A stretch of DNA of 64,000 bases from Zygnema circumcarinatum SAG 698-1b (Eukaryota; Plantae; Zygnematophyceae), in NCBI GenBank assembly GCA_037447605.1, contig CM074815.1:1116001-1180000 (forward strand), given 5' to 3'. This document shows, piece by piece, positions 1 through 11,812 of this stretch. Within the stretch, counting starts at the first letter, position 1. The number at the start of each line of letters is the position of its first letter. The position numbers and the translations under genes were made by a program. The notes beneath the pieces were generated by a model, which made no database searches, was not told the DNA's origin, and worked only from the letters and a program-made list of their open reading frames with translations.

Positions 1-20
1 ACAGAATGCATATTATACAG

Positions 21-1686
21 GCGGAGAGAAGCCAGGCCATGAGGAATATGCAGCCATGGCGCGTTGGCTGGTGGCTGAAAGTACTTGGGGAGTGCTCAGG
101 TTTGGAGGCAAATTTCTCTTATGTTTGTTTTGGTACTACAGCCATGGCTAAGTCTCGCTAAACTGCAATGCCTGTCAGCAAACCGCATTAGTTTCCCGCA
201 TTGTATTCAATGTATGCTGGCTTATTTTTTTCCGTTTTATCTGGCTTTACTACATTCAAACTCGTCTTGTTTTTTCCCGAATGCTGTATCCGTGGCGTTG
301 GCATGCTTCTGTGCGGAAATTCCTCATTCTCAAACATGGTCTGTATCTATCGGCTGCAGCACTGTCTCTAAACGCTTGAAGGGCAGCCCGTTTGGGTACG
401 TATCTCCTCCTTTCTCCTACTTTCGCCCATATTTGAAACATCATAAGTTGTGTACCTGAGTCTCAGACTGAGACTTCAAATAACTTCTGGTTTGGCATGT
501 TCAGTTCCATAATATGCTGTTCAGGCCCTCTGTCGGGAAGCGAGGATCATTACTCTTATATTTAGCTCTCAGAATATAATTACATGTCTCTTGGTCAAAC
601 TGCAGAACTCAACGAAAACAAAACCTCTTCTGGTTGTCTTTTCTGCTCAGAAGTGCAGTAGATAGGAGCATTTTTTCTTTTTGTTTTAGCTGTTGTCCTG
701 GGGTTTGAGTGATTGTGGGCTAAAGTTTGGTAGTGTTGCAATACATGCCAATGTCGTTGAAGCTCTTCTCCCCTTGCAGAAATCCTAATAACTAAGTCTT
801 GGAATGTTGCAGCAACGTTGTTTCCTTCAGTGACGGGCCTGCCATCAGAGCTTCTGGCCAGCCATACTTCTACCTCACTGCCCTTGACCCTACCGCCTCG
901 GATGTGGTAGATGACGCTCGCTGCTCCTTGACAGTGGCTGAGATGGCCTTGGGCACATGTGGAAAGAACGATCCAGAGAGCCCTGCCTGCGCAAAGCTCA
1001 CTCTATCTGGGCAGGTAAGCTCCACCTCTCTTAAACTCTTTCAGTCACTCGAGAGAGAAGCATTTCCCAATCCAATCGAATAGCCAATCGCGAGAGATCA
1101 TCGGGAGAATGTCAAGAATATTTGGCTGTGTATAATAAAGGTTACATTTTGTATTGATGATAATAGCTATTGAATGTGGGCATGCTGGGTGTGGTTCCAC
1201 AGCTCAAGCGAGTCGAGGACGAAAGGGAGGAGGAGTTTGCCAGAGATGCTCTTTTCTCAAAGCATGACGAAATGAAACGTGGGTGCCTTTGTCAGTTTCC
1301 TTGTTTTGTTCAAATTATGAACATGGTTCGTTCAGAGGCATCCAATTCACTCATTATCGCACACACTCTCCTTATGCATCCTGTCATTCGTGAACTAAAA
1401 TCAAGAGTTTGTTCTCCTATTTGCTCTTTGAAGTCTTCTACGGTTGCAGTCCTCCTTGGACTTAACATTTGCCGCCTGCTCAATACCTTCATGTGCAGAC
1501 TGGCCAGCGAGTCACGGATTCCATTTCTACAAGTTGCAGATTGAGGACATTTTCCTTGTGGACTGGTTTGGCGGAGCCAAGTTGTTAACTGTGGAAAATT
1601 ATTTCCGTACTCCATCCCCTAATAACCCGAGGGATCGCGAACTGGACGAGTCAGTTGCCTCAATGCTGATGTTGAAGGTCGGCTGA
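21..1686 (+). CDS. CREG: CREG-like protein (pyridoxamine 5'-phosphate oxidase-like split barrel), 5'-partial; exons 21-99, 360-395, 813-1014, 1203-1278, 1499-1686
   Basis: Phase-compatible GT-AG exons join to GEKPGHEEYAAMARWLVAESTWGVLSTVSKRLKGSPFGNVVSFSDG...PYFYLTALDPTASDVVDDARCSLTVAE...DPESPACAKLTLSGQ...FSKHDEMKHWPASHGFHFYKLQIEDIFLVDWFGGAK, the recognisable CREG motif series. The first exon lies outside the window. Confidence 0.9.
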
Positions 1687-2564
1687 GGACGAGGAGAGCC
1701 AATGATGCGGCCCCACCCCATGCATGCAAAGTCTGCTCGCAACGTATACATATAACTGACAAGAGGACAGTCTAAGTTCCAGCGTCTGGCCCGAGCATTT
1801 GGACGCAATGCATGTGGGTGAAACAACATAAGCATAAGCATTATAAATTCATAAGCATGTAATCTAAGGAGTGGCGCAGAGTTGCCATGTTGAGGACTGG
1901 ATAGGGTGAATTCTTGACATGAGCCCCAATTGGCCGTCCAATGGGAACCACAGCACCGGCAGGAGGATCCTTTTTAAGTATTTACAACTTCTGTAGGCCT
2001 CTATACCTATCGAGGTGGGAAAACATTGGCATTTCGAGTTATTTCGAGCTTTTTGGCAGCGTGAGGTGGGCGTTGTTGAGAACAATGCTGTGGACTGACT
2101 GACTTACGCCAATGAAGAGATTGAATGCTCTCCCGGTGACTAAAAAGAGAAGGGTGACGGTCTATCACCTTAAAAATTTGACCTCAAATTATTTGTTGTC
2201 TTTTGTGTTAGTTAGTAGTAGGATCTGTTGCCTGACTGAATATTGAGGACGTTGTCTTTGCATGAGCTTCCGGTTCATTGTTCGAATTTAATACAGGAGG
2301 ATATGCCCAGTGCTGTGACAAAAGGCTAAATTGTAACTGTTTAGGTAATGAACGAATGCAACTTCCTTGCTTTTGCCCCTCCTGTAGAAAAATCTGTAAA
2401 AACCTGCTTCTACAAAAGATCTGATTCGAGTACAAGGAAGACAAGAAAGAAATGAAAATCTGAAATGTCGACCATTTCTTAATGTCGATGGCTAACTTCC
2501 GGGTAATGAAAGGGGAAGGGCGCGGTCCTTGGCTGGTAAACTTTGGATCGTTCATGGAGTAATC

Positions 2565-2915
2565 AAACCAATGGTTGCCAGTGTTTGCCAAGCATTGGCT
2601 AAGCCTGTTAGCTAGCGAACCTCGCCAACCATTGCCAGTGGTTGAAGCCTTTGGTTGGGAGACCTTGCCATCCATTGCCAATGATCAAAGCCACTGGATT
2701 CACTCAGATGCAACCACTGCCTCTGTGGTTTAAAGCTACGATGGCGGACCTAGCCAACCGTTGCCAGTAGCTCCAAAACCATTGAATTCATGGTCGGCGG
2801 GCAATGGTCGAAACTCAAAACCATTGACTTCACTTTTAGACAACCATTGGCAGTGGTCCGAACCATTACGGTACGGTACCAATGCCAAATTGCCAATGGT
2901 TGGCACCATTGGTTT
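2565..2915. repeat. Degenerate cluster of CCAATGG/CCATTG(G/C) motifs in both orientations
   Basis: About a dozen CCATTG/CAATGG-type motifs in 350 bp; AAACCAATGGT (2565-2575) is the reverse complement of ACCATTGGTTT (2905-2915). Confidence 0.55.
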
Positions 2916-2962
2916 CGTCTGAACGGTCGCCCGTGCGAACGGCGACGATTCTCGGCGGCCCC

Positions 2963-3231
2963 ACCGACATATTTATTCCTTCAAGATCCGTTATCCACGT
3001 GGCAGCACCTGCTTGCTCAATGTCACGTGAAGTCAAGAGGCTCCTCCAGCACTCGCCACGTGGTCTCAGCCTGGAATATTTTCGACGCCGTGCTCTACTC
3101 TGCAAGCGCCACGTGGCGCGAGATTTCGGGTGCCGCCTGAAGAAATTTGGCGAGGGCCTTTCTCCATTGAGGGCCCATAGTCAAGCGTCGGCCAGTCAGA
3201 ATGTACCACGTGTACAAATTGCATACGTGGC
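2963..3231 (+). promoter_or_regulatory. ABRE/G-box cluster with DRE core upstream of stress-protein gene A
   Basis: ACCGACAT at 2963-2970; CACGTG at 2996, 3024, 3057, 3110 (GCCACGTGGC 3108-3117) and 3207; TACGTGGC at 3224-3231. The cluster ends ~390 bp before ATG 3623. Confidence 0.65.
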
Positions 3232-3622
3232 GAGTCATCCATTGGTTGTGCTGACTCCAGGAGTTCAGGAAAACGGTGGGATGGCACTGCTCTCATTCTG
3301 AAGGTGAAAATTTGCACTCGCTAATCGACATCAATACAGTTTTCTGATGAAGCTCTGATTTACACACAATACTAGTTCTGTTTCAAATACGTGACACAAA
3401 AGTTAAGAATCGATACCTTAGTAGGGCTAACTCGAGTACAGTAGTGTATGCCGGTGGTTAAAGTGCAGACTGTGCAACAGAAAGACAGGAGGGGAGAGGA
3501 GAGTAGAGAGAGAGGAGAGGATATAGCTCCAGACTTACAAGCCCTTGCAGCTTGAATTTGTTCTGCTGAGTGTTATTTGGTCGATCGCTGATTACCTGCA
3601 TAGCATTTTTGCGACTGTAAGA

Positions 3623-5058
3623 ATGGCGCGTATCTACGAGTCGCCGGAGAATGAGGTCGCCATAAAGCTCATGCAGGGCATGCGCGAGTCCGATGATTTG
3701 AAAGAGGCTGGCGGAGGTCTGTTTTCTCTCACAACAGCGCTACCCCCTTTTATTTGTTGTTTGCTTTTGACTGAAAGGTTTTGAACCTGGCAATGGTCAC
3801 TAGCCCCATGTGGAAAATCGCAGGTTTGAGAGTGCTGTACCGGTTGCTATTAACAGCGGTGGCAGGCTGACAATATGCTTGGAAAAACATTATGTCCTGA
3901 AAATGTTGTCAGCTTAATGCCAGTGGCAAGTGGAAAAAATCAGTACACTTGACTGGATGGCTGCTTGCATGCAGACAACGAAGAGGTGGAGCTTGCCGGC
4001 GGAATCTCCCCAGCAGAGGCGCATAAGGTACATCACGAACAGAACAAGGAGTATTCAGACATTATTGGAGGGGGGGAGACAGGCGATCACCACGAGTCCT
4101 CTGAAAGGACGGGAGCATTCAACAAGCTGAAAGACAAGGCGAAGAAGATGAAGGAGACAATTAAGCGCGAGTTTGGCAAGTCTGATCCATCCGGCGCCAG
4201 CCAACAGCCTATTCCCGCACCTCCTCTTGCCGCAGGGGCAACGAAGGACAAGCCGGTGCCAGATGATTTACCCGAGCAGATGACAAGGCCTGTAGCTGGT
4301 GATCAGGTTGGCACATCCCTCAACGCTTAGAGCAGGAAAGCGTGCCATTTGCTAGAAAAGCACTACGGAAAGCGTCAACTACTATACACGTATCTCGATG
4401 TAGAATAGTGCAGATATGCATAGCAGAATTCAATGACTGTAAATAATGACATTTGTCATCGATGTACCTTCTTGCAACCAAAGACAAATGTCAATAAGTC
4501 AGTTCATCGCACCTTGTACGAGCTTGCTTTGATAAGCTTGTGAATGGAATCCCTATTTCACTGTTTTTGCAGACTTATGAAGCGCTGATGCTTGCCATTC
4601 TTTGTTTGGAGAAGGTCACTTATCGAGCTCTAAATATCTGTAGTTTTTGCTTGTGAATTAGACACCCGTGGCCGGCATTCAAGAAGGCCGAAGCCTAAAT
4701 GAAAGCGTAGGTACACCCGAGATCCTTGGGAAAGACTTCCACTTCCCCTCGCCGACGGAAGATGCAGTGTCAGGGAAGGATGAAAAAACAGTTGCTGATA
4801 TCGCCAAGTTGCGCGCAAATCCTGAATTGTTTGGTAAGAAGCTCAATTTGCAGATGTATCCGTTCATTAACAGAGCAGTCGGTGTGGCTCTACCCTTGTT
4901 GTCAAGAATTTGTGACTTCAATATTTCCGGTGACTCTCTTGACGCGCGCTTTGGAATTTATTTTACAAAAGTCGAAACACTCTTCTACCAATGAATCGAC
5001 TTGAATGGAATGCTACAGCCATTCCTCAGTTTCCAACCTCTGCATTAATACTGAGTTT

Positions 5059-5101
<43 letters not shown>

Positions 5102-6328
5102 AACCCAGTGCTCAACCTGGCTCTTGTTTCTCAAGTTTAGAGGTGGTGCATTTACTCTCAAGTTCCTGTCGATTGACACCTAATATTACAGGACCAGCCA
5201 TGATTGCATTGGTAGAATTCCTGTCCTAGTCCTCATTGTCGAATGCTCGTAAGGACTTTTTTTACGTTCAATTAAATACTAGAAACCCACAGGAGTGGAT
5301 GGACGATCACAGGAATGCTGAGGCAGTTGCATCATTGCGGGCCTGCATGCAGAGCAAGTGAAGCTGCATGGTGCCGCCACTCCTCTCGAGATCGCATCAG
5401 CCTTACAGCCGCCATCCGAAATGACTGGGTTCACTCCTCCATTCGAACCTCCGGTTTACGCTCACTCTCGCAAGTTACACGAAGAGGAGCCGCTGAGGGA
5501 GGAAGCAGCAGAGGTGCCAGAAGGAGTGCAATCCAGATCCCTCCGCATGCAGGATTCAGCATATTTTGATGCCCTGGATGAGGTGGATGATAAGGATGAT
5601 CGAGACGAAGTGTCTCTCGCTGCAGACTCTCCTGCAGCAGAGGTTGACGAGAAGGATGGAGCCAAGCCTTTGGCAAAGGGAAATGCGGAAAATCCAAAAA
5701 GTTTACAGGAGGAGGTCAACGACTTAGTTGGTACACCTGCCAAGCAAGCGAATGCCTCCGCAGAATCAGCTGACGAGCGTGAGACGAAGTCAACAGGGGT
5801 AATGTCTATGCTAAATGGAGGGACATTGACTGCAGGAAGCCCTAACCTGTTTACCGGAGGTGCATTTGCACCGGCTGGAGGGGTCGATGATCGGCAACAG
5901 CAGCGGGAGGAAGAAGCGGAACTTTCCGGTCAAGGTCAGGCGAATGTCCAGGCAGATACGCACAAGAACGACGATGCTGATGCCAATGACGAGCACACGA
6001 AAAAGAAGTCGACCAGTATTTTGGGATTTGTGGAGTCCATGTTGGCGCCCGTGATAGGCAGCAGCAATTCATCTACAAACACAGGTAATCAGCGTATGTT
6101 TGTAAATCCTGAATAAACTTTTCCACATGTTTCAATGTTGTCCATCGATGTTACTCTCCAAGCTTCGTTTTTAATGTTTGGACAGAGAGCCAAGAGCCTG
6201 CCAAGTCCAAAGACAGAACCCTAACTTCATCCAGAAACTCTCACACCCCATGTAACGTGTGGAGAGCCAGTTCCAAGTCAGGGATGGGTGGTTGGAGGAA
6301 GGGCCGAGAGCGAGGGCTGGCTTGGTAA
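3623..6328 (+). CDS. Hydrophilic LTI65/RD29B/CAP160-like stress protein, paralog A (~490 aa); exons 3623-3716, 3975-4306, 4662-4833, 5353-6084, 6186-6328
   Basis: Phase-compatible exon chain of 1473 nt. The product is acidic and low-complexity, with DHHESSERTGAFNKLKDKAKKMKETIKR resembling the LTI65/LTI78 N-terminal HHEKKSVLKKVKAKAKKIK-type motif. The last exon is least certain. Family assignment is from motif recall only. Confidence 0.6.
5061..5098. repeat. (AT)19 microsatellite in intron
   Basis: Perfect AT dinucleotide run. Confidence 0.95.
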
Positions 6329-7294
6329 TTGTTTGCTGGAAGAATGGCCTGTGAACTCTCATGATATTCTCAACTCTCAGAATTATAACTATTGTCCTGC
6401 ACTTGCTTTCGTTGGAATACCAGGTTGAGGGCGCGATGAAGGTTAATTTCAATGGGCGAAGATGGATGGCGAGACCAAGCAAGTGCTTATGAACAGGTTG
6501 CCTTTGGGAACTTCTCTGTTGCCTCCTGTTGTAAATATTTGTAAATCGTGCTGTTACGTTCATAGAAACGTTGACATCCGCTATTTTTGGTTCAATGTCG
6601 CATTACTGTTCCTAAACACTCGATCTTCTTTACCGGGAGGTGTGAAACATCTAATCTCAATCTTGAAGAAATCTAAGCAAGGGACCAGCGTGTCTGTTTC
6701 GTCTCCTCCGCCTCCCGTGAGCGCCGATGTTCACTTTAATTCCAGTCCCTACAAAGCTGGCCGTGAGGCAATGCCCAAAAGGCAACTTTGAAAGTTATTG
6801 GCAATATGCACAAGTCTTCTTTCAGCCGTTTCATGGTTTGCAGTGTAACCGCCACACTCGAACTACAGAGGGAGATATTCCAAAAATGATCTGTTCCTTT
6901 TTTCTTGACGTTACATCGTGGTGTTGCTTAGATCCACTGCTCATGAGCGTGATCCCCCCTGAGAGGTGGAGCTGCCCAGCTCCTTGCTCCAGTAGTGAGA
7001 ACGAACGCCCCCCCCGCCTCCCACAGACCGAGACGCCAACGAACTAAAGCGAACAGCAAGCAGAAATGATAACTTGGGTTCAAGAAAGGAGCGTACAGCG
7101 TACCTTTTTGTTATTCAGTAATTCATTAATTCCACATTGAAGCCCATCCAAGCGGTCGTGAGCTCAGCACGGGACCAGAGCCAGAGCCCTCCACGCACAT
7201 TCAAATTCCATACCATACCATACACATCAAAAGTTTCACACTTCCTAATCTGGACTACGGCCGTGCCTCTAGTAAAGGTACCGAATCGCAGCAT

Positions 7295-7578
7295 GCCACG
7301 TATTCGCATCGACCTACCTGGCAAGCTCCCATTAGCTGCGTACCTCCACAGCGGCGACTCACGCCATCGCGTGTAACAGCTACATGTAGCCGCACGACTC
7401 CAATGCGCCGCCGGCAGGCGCGCACCTGCCGAGGAGTCAGCAGCACGAACCGCCACGTAGGATGTAGGCCACGTGGCGACTTCTCAGCAACCCGCGTGTC
7501 GCGCAGAGATCGCGGGCTGCACGTACGGCCTGACACGTAGGCGACCGTATGACACGCGGCAGCCTGTGCGCGGTCGGT
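7295..7578 (+). promoter_or_regulatory. ABRE/CE3/DRE cluster upstream of stress-protein gene B
   Basis: GCCACGTA at 7295 and 7452; GCCACGTGGC at 7468-7477; CGCGTGTC at 7493; GACACGTA at 7532; GACACGCG at 7551; GTCGGT (reverse ACCGAC) at 7573. The cluster ends ~230 bp before ATG 7805. Confidence 0.65.
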
Positions 7579-7804
7579 GCCAAGTGTGCCTGGCCGCGCC
7601 AAGTGCCGGCCGCGCTCTAATAGCCGGCGGCCCTCACAAAGGGATTCAGGGGAAGGGGAATAGCTGCTGCAGGCGGGCAGGCAGGCAGGCAGGTGCAGGG
7701 AAGCAGGGGTGGGAAGGGCCTGGAGCTCAAGGAGGGAGGGAGGGAGGGAGGGAGGGAGGGAGGGAGGGAGGGAGGGGAGGAAGGAAGGCAGGAAGAGGAT
7801 TGCG

Positions 7805-10800
7805 ATGGCGCAGCTGCAACGCAGAGATGAGTTTGCGAGGGAGCAGGGCGCACAAGGTGAGGCGACCGGGGGAGATGGCAGAGGGCGGCTGGGGTGTTCA
7901 GTTTGGAAGGAAGAGGACGGGGATGAATATGAGAATGAAGATGTGGATTCATTGACAATTTCTGATTTTTTTGTTGAAACCGCGTTACCAGCTTGGGAAT
8001 GTGTGCTTTCGGGTTGTCATGTGTCACATTGTAGTACAGCCGACAGGCACAGTTACGTTTCGTGTTTCTTTGTTTTTTGAATTACTTCTTTAGTTGACGT
8101 CTGATAGATGCTGCTGATATCCGCAGGGGCGGACGCGTTTGCGCAACATGATGCGCATGAGCAGAAGAAGGGTGGAATCTTTGCGAAACTGAAAAACAAG
8201 GCTAAACAAGTGAAGCAGAAGATCGGAGGACACAGTGAAACTCCGAAAGCACAAGTTGAGGATGCGACAGGGCAAAAGCAGCCACAGCAACCGAACTGCT
8301 TTGGATTACTTGACTCTGACAAGGTTGATTTTCATGCAGCTCCCAGTACCGCCTTTGCGAAATGCTAAGAAACAAGGTTTATGGGCTTTGGAGGAGTTGC
8401 GATGTTATAGGGTGTGATGAAAAACCGCACTAACAAAAAATGCCGTTGTGTTGAACTCTGGTTGTTCACCCGTTGGTCGCAAAAAAGACAAGAAGTAAAA
8501 AGAATTGGTGTATACTAGCCAATTCAATGCATACTTACGGGCTGAAAGTACAGTTGTCCGTCTCTTGTGAAAGAACCAATCGTGCCATCGAGCTTTACCA
8601 TGGTATGCAGAATATCCACGTCGCTATTTGGCTTTATACTGCAGGCCATTAACAGTTTTGTGGCAAATTGCTCAGATGTCTTCGTCTTCATCTTCATCGT
8701 CCTCCGATAACGAGGAAAGTTCCGACGGAGGGAAGGGTGATTATCTGGCAAGCGGTCAAGCCGAACATCCGCTACAAAGCACACAGATTGCAGATTCAGA
8801 TTTGGCGAAAAATGCGTTTGACTTAGCCAAGGGGAACACAACTACAGGCGTTGGCGGAGGGCCAGGTAAGGCCATCTGAGTTGGGTTTTCTGCTTTTATG
8901 TCACAAAGGCTGAAAAGTGTGGCTGCTCTTTATCCAGGTAGTTGGAAGGAGGAGGAGGAGGTTGCTCGAAGGAGTTGCTGTTAGGCAATTGTTTTATAAA
9001 ATAGCAGTGTAATGACTGGTGCCACGAGATTGTGAAGTTTGACTAGTTTAATTCGTGTAGTGGTTATGGAAGAACAATTGATGCTTAAATTTTGGACGAT
9101 AGAATATTTAATCATGGCTTCAATTACAGAACTGCTTGTCTGCCTACCTGGACGTTTCTCACTTGAACCGGCACTTGTCTATGCAGAAGGTAACTTGGGT
9201 GGGCCGCCTGTGATTGCCGGGCCGGCCTCGGAGGCAGCAGGCAAAATTGCTCGTTCAGAAATTCCTCCAGCGTCTTCAAGTCCCGCTGGCGTGGTAAGTA
9301 ACTGAGAATGGTCTCTCTGTATAGACACTGGTGCTTCGACTTTGCTTTCTGTAGAGCACCACAGCAGCAGCAGCAGTTTCTTGTTTGATGCGTCGTTCTC
9401 TGTAAATTGGTCAAAAGGGTTCTTACGTCACCCTAATTGTTTTTATCCACGTCTGTGCAGCTCCATGATGTTCCACCTGAAGCCTTGGAGACAAACGCTG
9501 GCAAACTGGACCTCCAAGGAAACCAAGCAAACCTATCCCAGCAGGCTGATACACCTCACGTTGGACAAGGTTACAGCGCTGCTGGACAATTTGTACCAGA
9601 GGAAAGTGAAAAAGCACTAACTGCTGGCGATGCTTCGACAGCACTAACTGCTGGCGATGCTTCGACATCTGTTACTCGTGGTATTGGCGAGTCTGCGAGT
9701 AGTTTACCTCAAGAACGTAAGCATAAATTCAGGGAAGCTGTCAAATATGCGGGAGACCTGGCTCTGGCAGGAAGTGTGTTGGCCATCGTGGGTGTGGGTT
9801 CAGCAATAGGAGCTTTCTCAAGGGAAAGTAAGGATAAAATTGAGCAGAAAGCTGATGAGTTGAGTGCTAACGCAGATCGCTTAGCAAAGGAGGACGAGGG
9901 CGTACCTGTTCAGGAACCAGCAGAAGCGCGGGTAAAGGCTGAGCCCGGAATGGATGCGCAGACAACAGCTCAGCACCTGTACAACAAAACAACGGAAAAC
10001 GTTGAAGTCCTTCAGGAGAGTGCGGCAAAGACTCTTGGCTACAGGCAGGAGGGCAGTGGAATTGCTAGTGAAGCAGCCGTTCAGCCGGGACAGGTCAAGG
10101 ACGACGACAAGGAAGGAGTGGATAGCGCAAGCAAAGTGAAAGATAATGTGGTAGGCGCTGTTGCTGGTGGTGCAGGTGCTGTGGGTGCAGCTCTCGGCCT
10201 TAACAAAGCTACTTCCTCGTCGTCTTCATCTTCTTCTTCATCCTCTGAGTCTGATGCCGAGCAAAATTCTAAGCAGCGGCTTTCTGGCCAGGACGACCTA
10301 CATATGTCTGATGGGAAGTCGGAAGTGCACCCTCAAAAAGAAGGGAAAAACTATTTCCAGCAATTGGCAGATACGATCACGGGCAACAAGAAGAATGAAT
10401 ATGGTTCTGTTGCAGCAGAGGTCAATGAAGAGGACGGAGCCAAGCTTTTGGCAAAGGAACATGCGGAAAAACCAAAAAGTTTACAGGAGGAGATCAATGA
10501 CTTAGTTGGTACACCTGCCAAGCAAGCGAATGCCTCCGCAGAACGAGAGACGCAGGCAATAGGAAGTGGACTTAGCAGCGACCAACCGGAGGAGACAGCA
10601 AACACGAATCCACATGCATACACGCCGGAAGCAATGGATATAGGACAGGCAAAGCCGACGCTTACTCAGAGAGCAGCTGACACTGGTTCGTATTTGAAGG
10701 ACTCTGCAGTTTCTGTAGTAGGTCTCGGCAGGACATCGGCAACGGGAGAGGGGGAACGCACAGCTGCAGATTATAAGAATGAGTTGCAGGAGACAGAAGT

Positions 10801-11812
10801 TGGCAGCTTAAAGCAGCCAGAACAGGAGTCAGCAAATGCTGAAAACAAACCACCAACTTTGACGCAAAGACTAGCAAATAGTGCTGCATTTGTTGTCGGT
10901 AGGGGAGGTGGCTACACAGCTGAGAAGAGCCCTGTGACTGAAGAAGTGCAGCAGACTGAAGGCGAGAAGACACAATTGAATGAACCACAAGCGGCTGAGG
11001 AGGGTAGCACTCCACCCACTCTTACTGAACGACTGAAAACTTCTCTTTTAGGGCAGCCCCCTGCGACTGATGGAGGGCAGCAGACTGAAAGCGAGAAGAC
11101 ACAATTGAAAGAACCGGAAGCGGCTGAGGAGGGGAGCATTCCACCCACTCTTACTGAACGACTGAAAACTTCTCTTTTAGGGCAGCCCCCTGCGACTGAT
11201 GGAGGGCAGCAGACTGAAAGCGAGAAGACACAATTGAAAGAACCACAAGCGGCTGAGGAGGGCAGCATTCCACCCACTCTAACTGAACGACTGAAAACTT
11301 CCCTTTTAGGGCAGACCCCTGCGACTGATGGAGGGCAGCAGACTGAAAGCGAGGAGCCAATGAACCAAACACAACAACCAACAGAAGAAAGTAGTAAGCC
11401 TCCTACTCTGACAGAGCGACTCAAAACTTCACTGATTGGGACGAGCAATAAGAATATCTCAACGACTGATGCTGGGGAGGAGGCGCCATCGTTGGAAGGC
11501 GAGAGTGGAGCTCCGTTGACTGAGGGCCAAAGGCAGGAGATTGGTGTTGACGAGAAGAAATCTGTGGTGCAGCAAGCAAAGGATTCTGCCACAGCTATCT
11601 TGGGAAGGGGTAATGCATCGACTCCGGCAGAAGCTCCAGGTGGTCTCCAACAGGGAAGCGTGCCTCCTGCAACAAACGAGTCACAGCATGCGGCAGAACC
11701 TCAAGGAAACAGAAACGTTGAGAATGTGGAATCTCAGGGAGTCGACAGAAATGCATCCCCTCGCCATGGTGTGTTAGGCCTCGTCTCATCCATCTTTGGA
11801 GTCAAGAATTAA
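7805..11812 (+). CDS. Hydrophilic LTI65/RD29B/CAP160-like stress protein, paralog B (~965 aa); exons 7805-7856, 8127-8323, 8676-8865, 9187-9293, 9461-11812
   Basis: Phase-compatible 2898-nt CDS including a 791-aa ORF. It starts MAQLQRRDEF and contains HDAHEQKKGGIFAKLKNKAKQVKQKIG, poly-Ser tracts, AAKTLGY (CAP160-repeat-like ending), internal repeats and a C-terminal VLGLVSSIFG. It shares a 133-bp block with gene A. Confidence 0.7.
9614..9667 (+). repeat. Perfect 27-bp tandem duplication in CDS (ALTAGDAST x2)
   Basis: GCACTAACTGCTGGCGATGCTTCGACA at 9614-9640 and 9641-9667. Confidence 0.95.
10948..11350 (+). repeat. 129-bp (43-aa) coding tandem repeat, three full copies plus a partial fourth
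   Basis: GCAGACTGAA recurs at 10951, 11080, 11209 and 11338; unit QQTE(G/S)EKTQL(N/K)EP(Q/E)AAEEGS(T/I)PPTLTERLKTSLLGQ(P/T)PATDGG. Confidence 0.95.

Noticed and set aside
459-475. Near-perfect 17-bp palindrome AGTCTCAG-A-CTGAGACT in a CREG intron
   Set aside because: Too short for a miRNA precursor or MITE; no other copy noticed.
8938-8960. Possible micro-exon in gene B (GSWKEEEE)
   Set aside because: Its exit phase is incompatible with the next exon, and exons 3 and 4 join in frame without it.
10948-11350. Regular repeats that could be mistaken for a CRISPR array
   Set aside because: Eukaryotic, in-frame coding repeats with no unique spacers and no cas genes.
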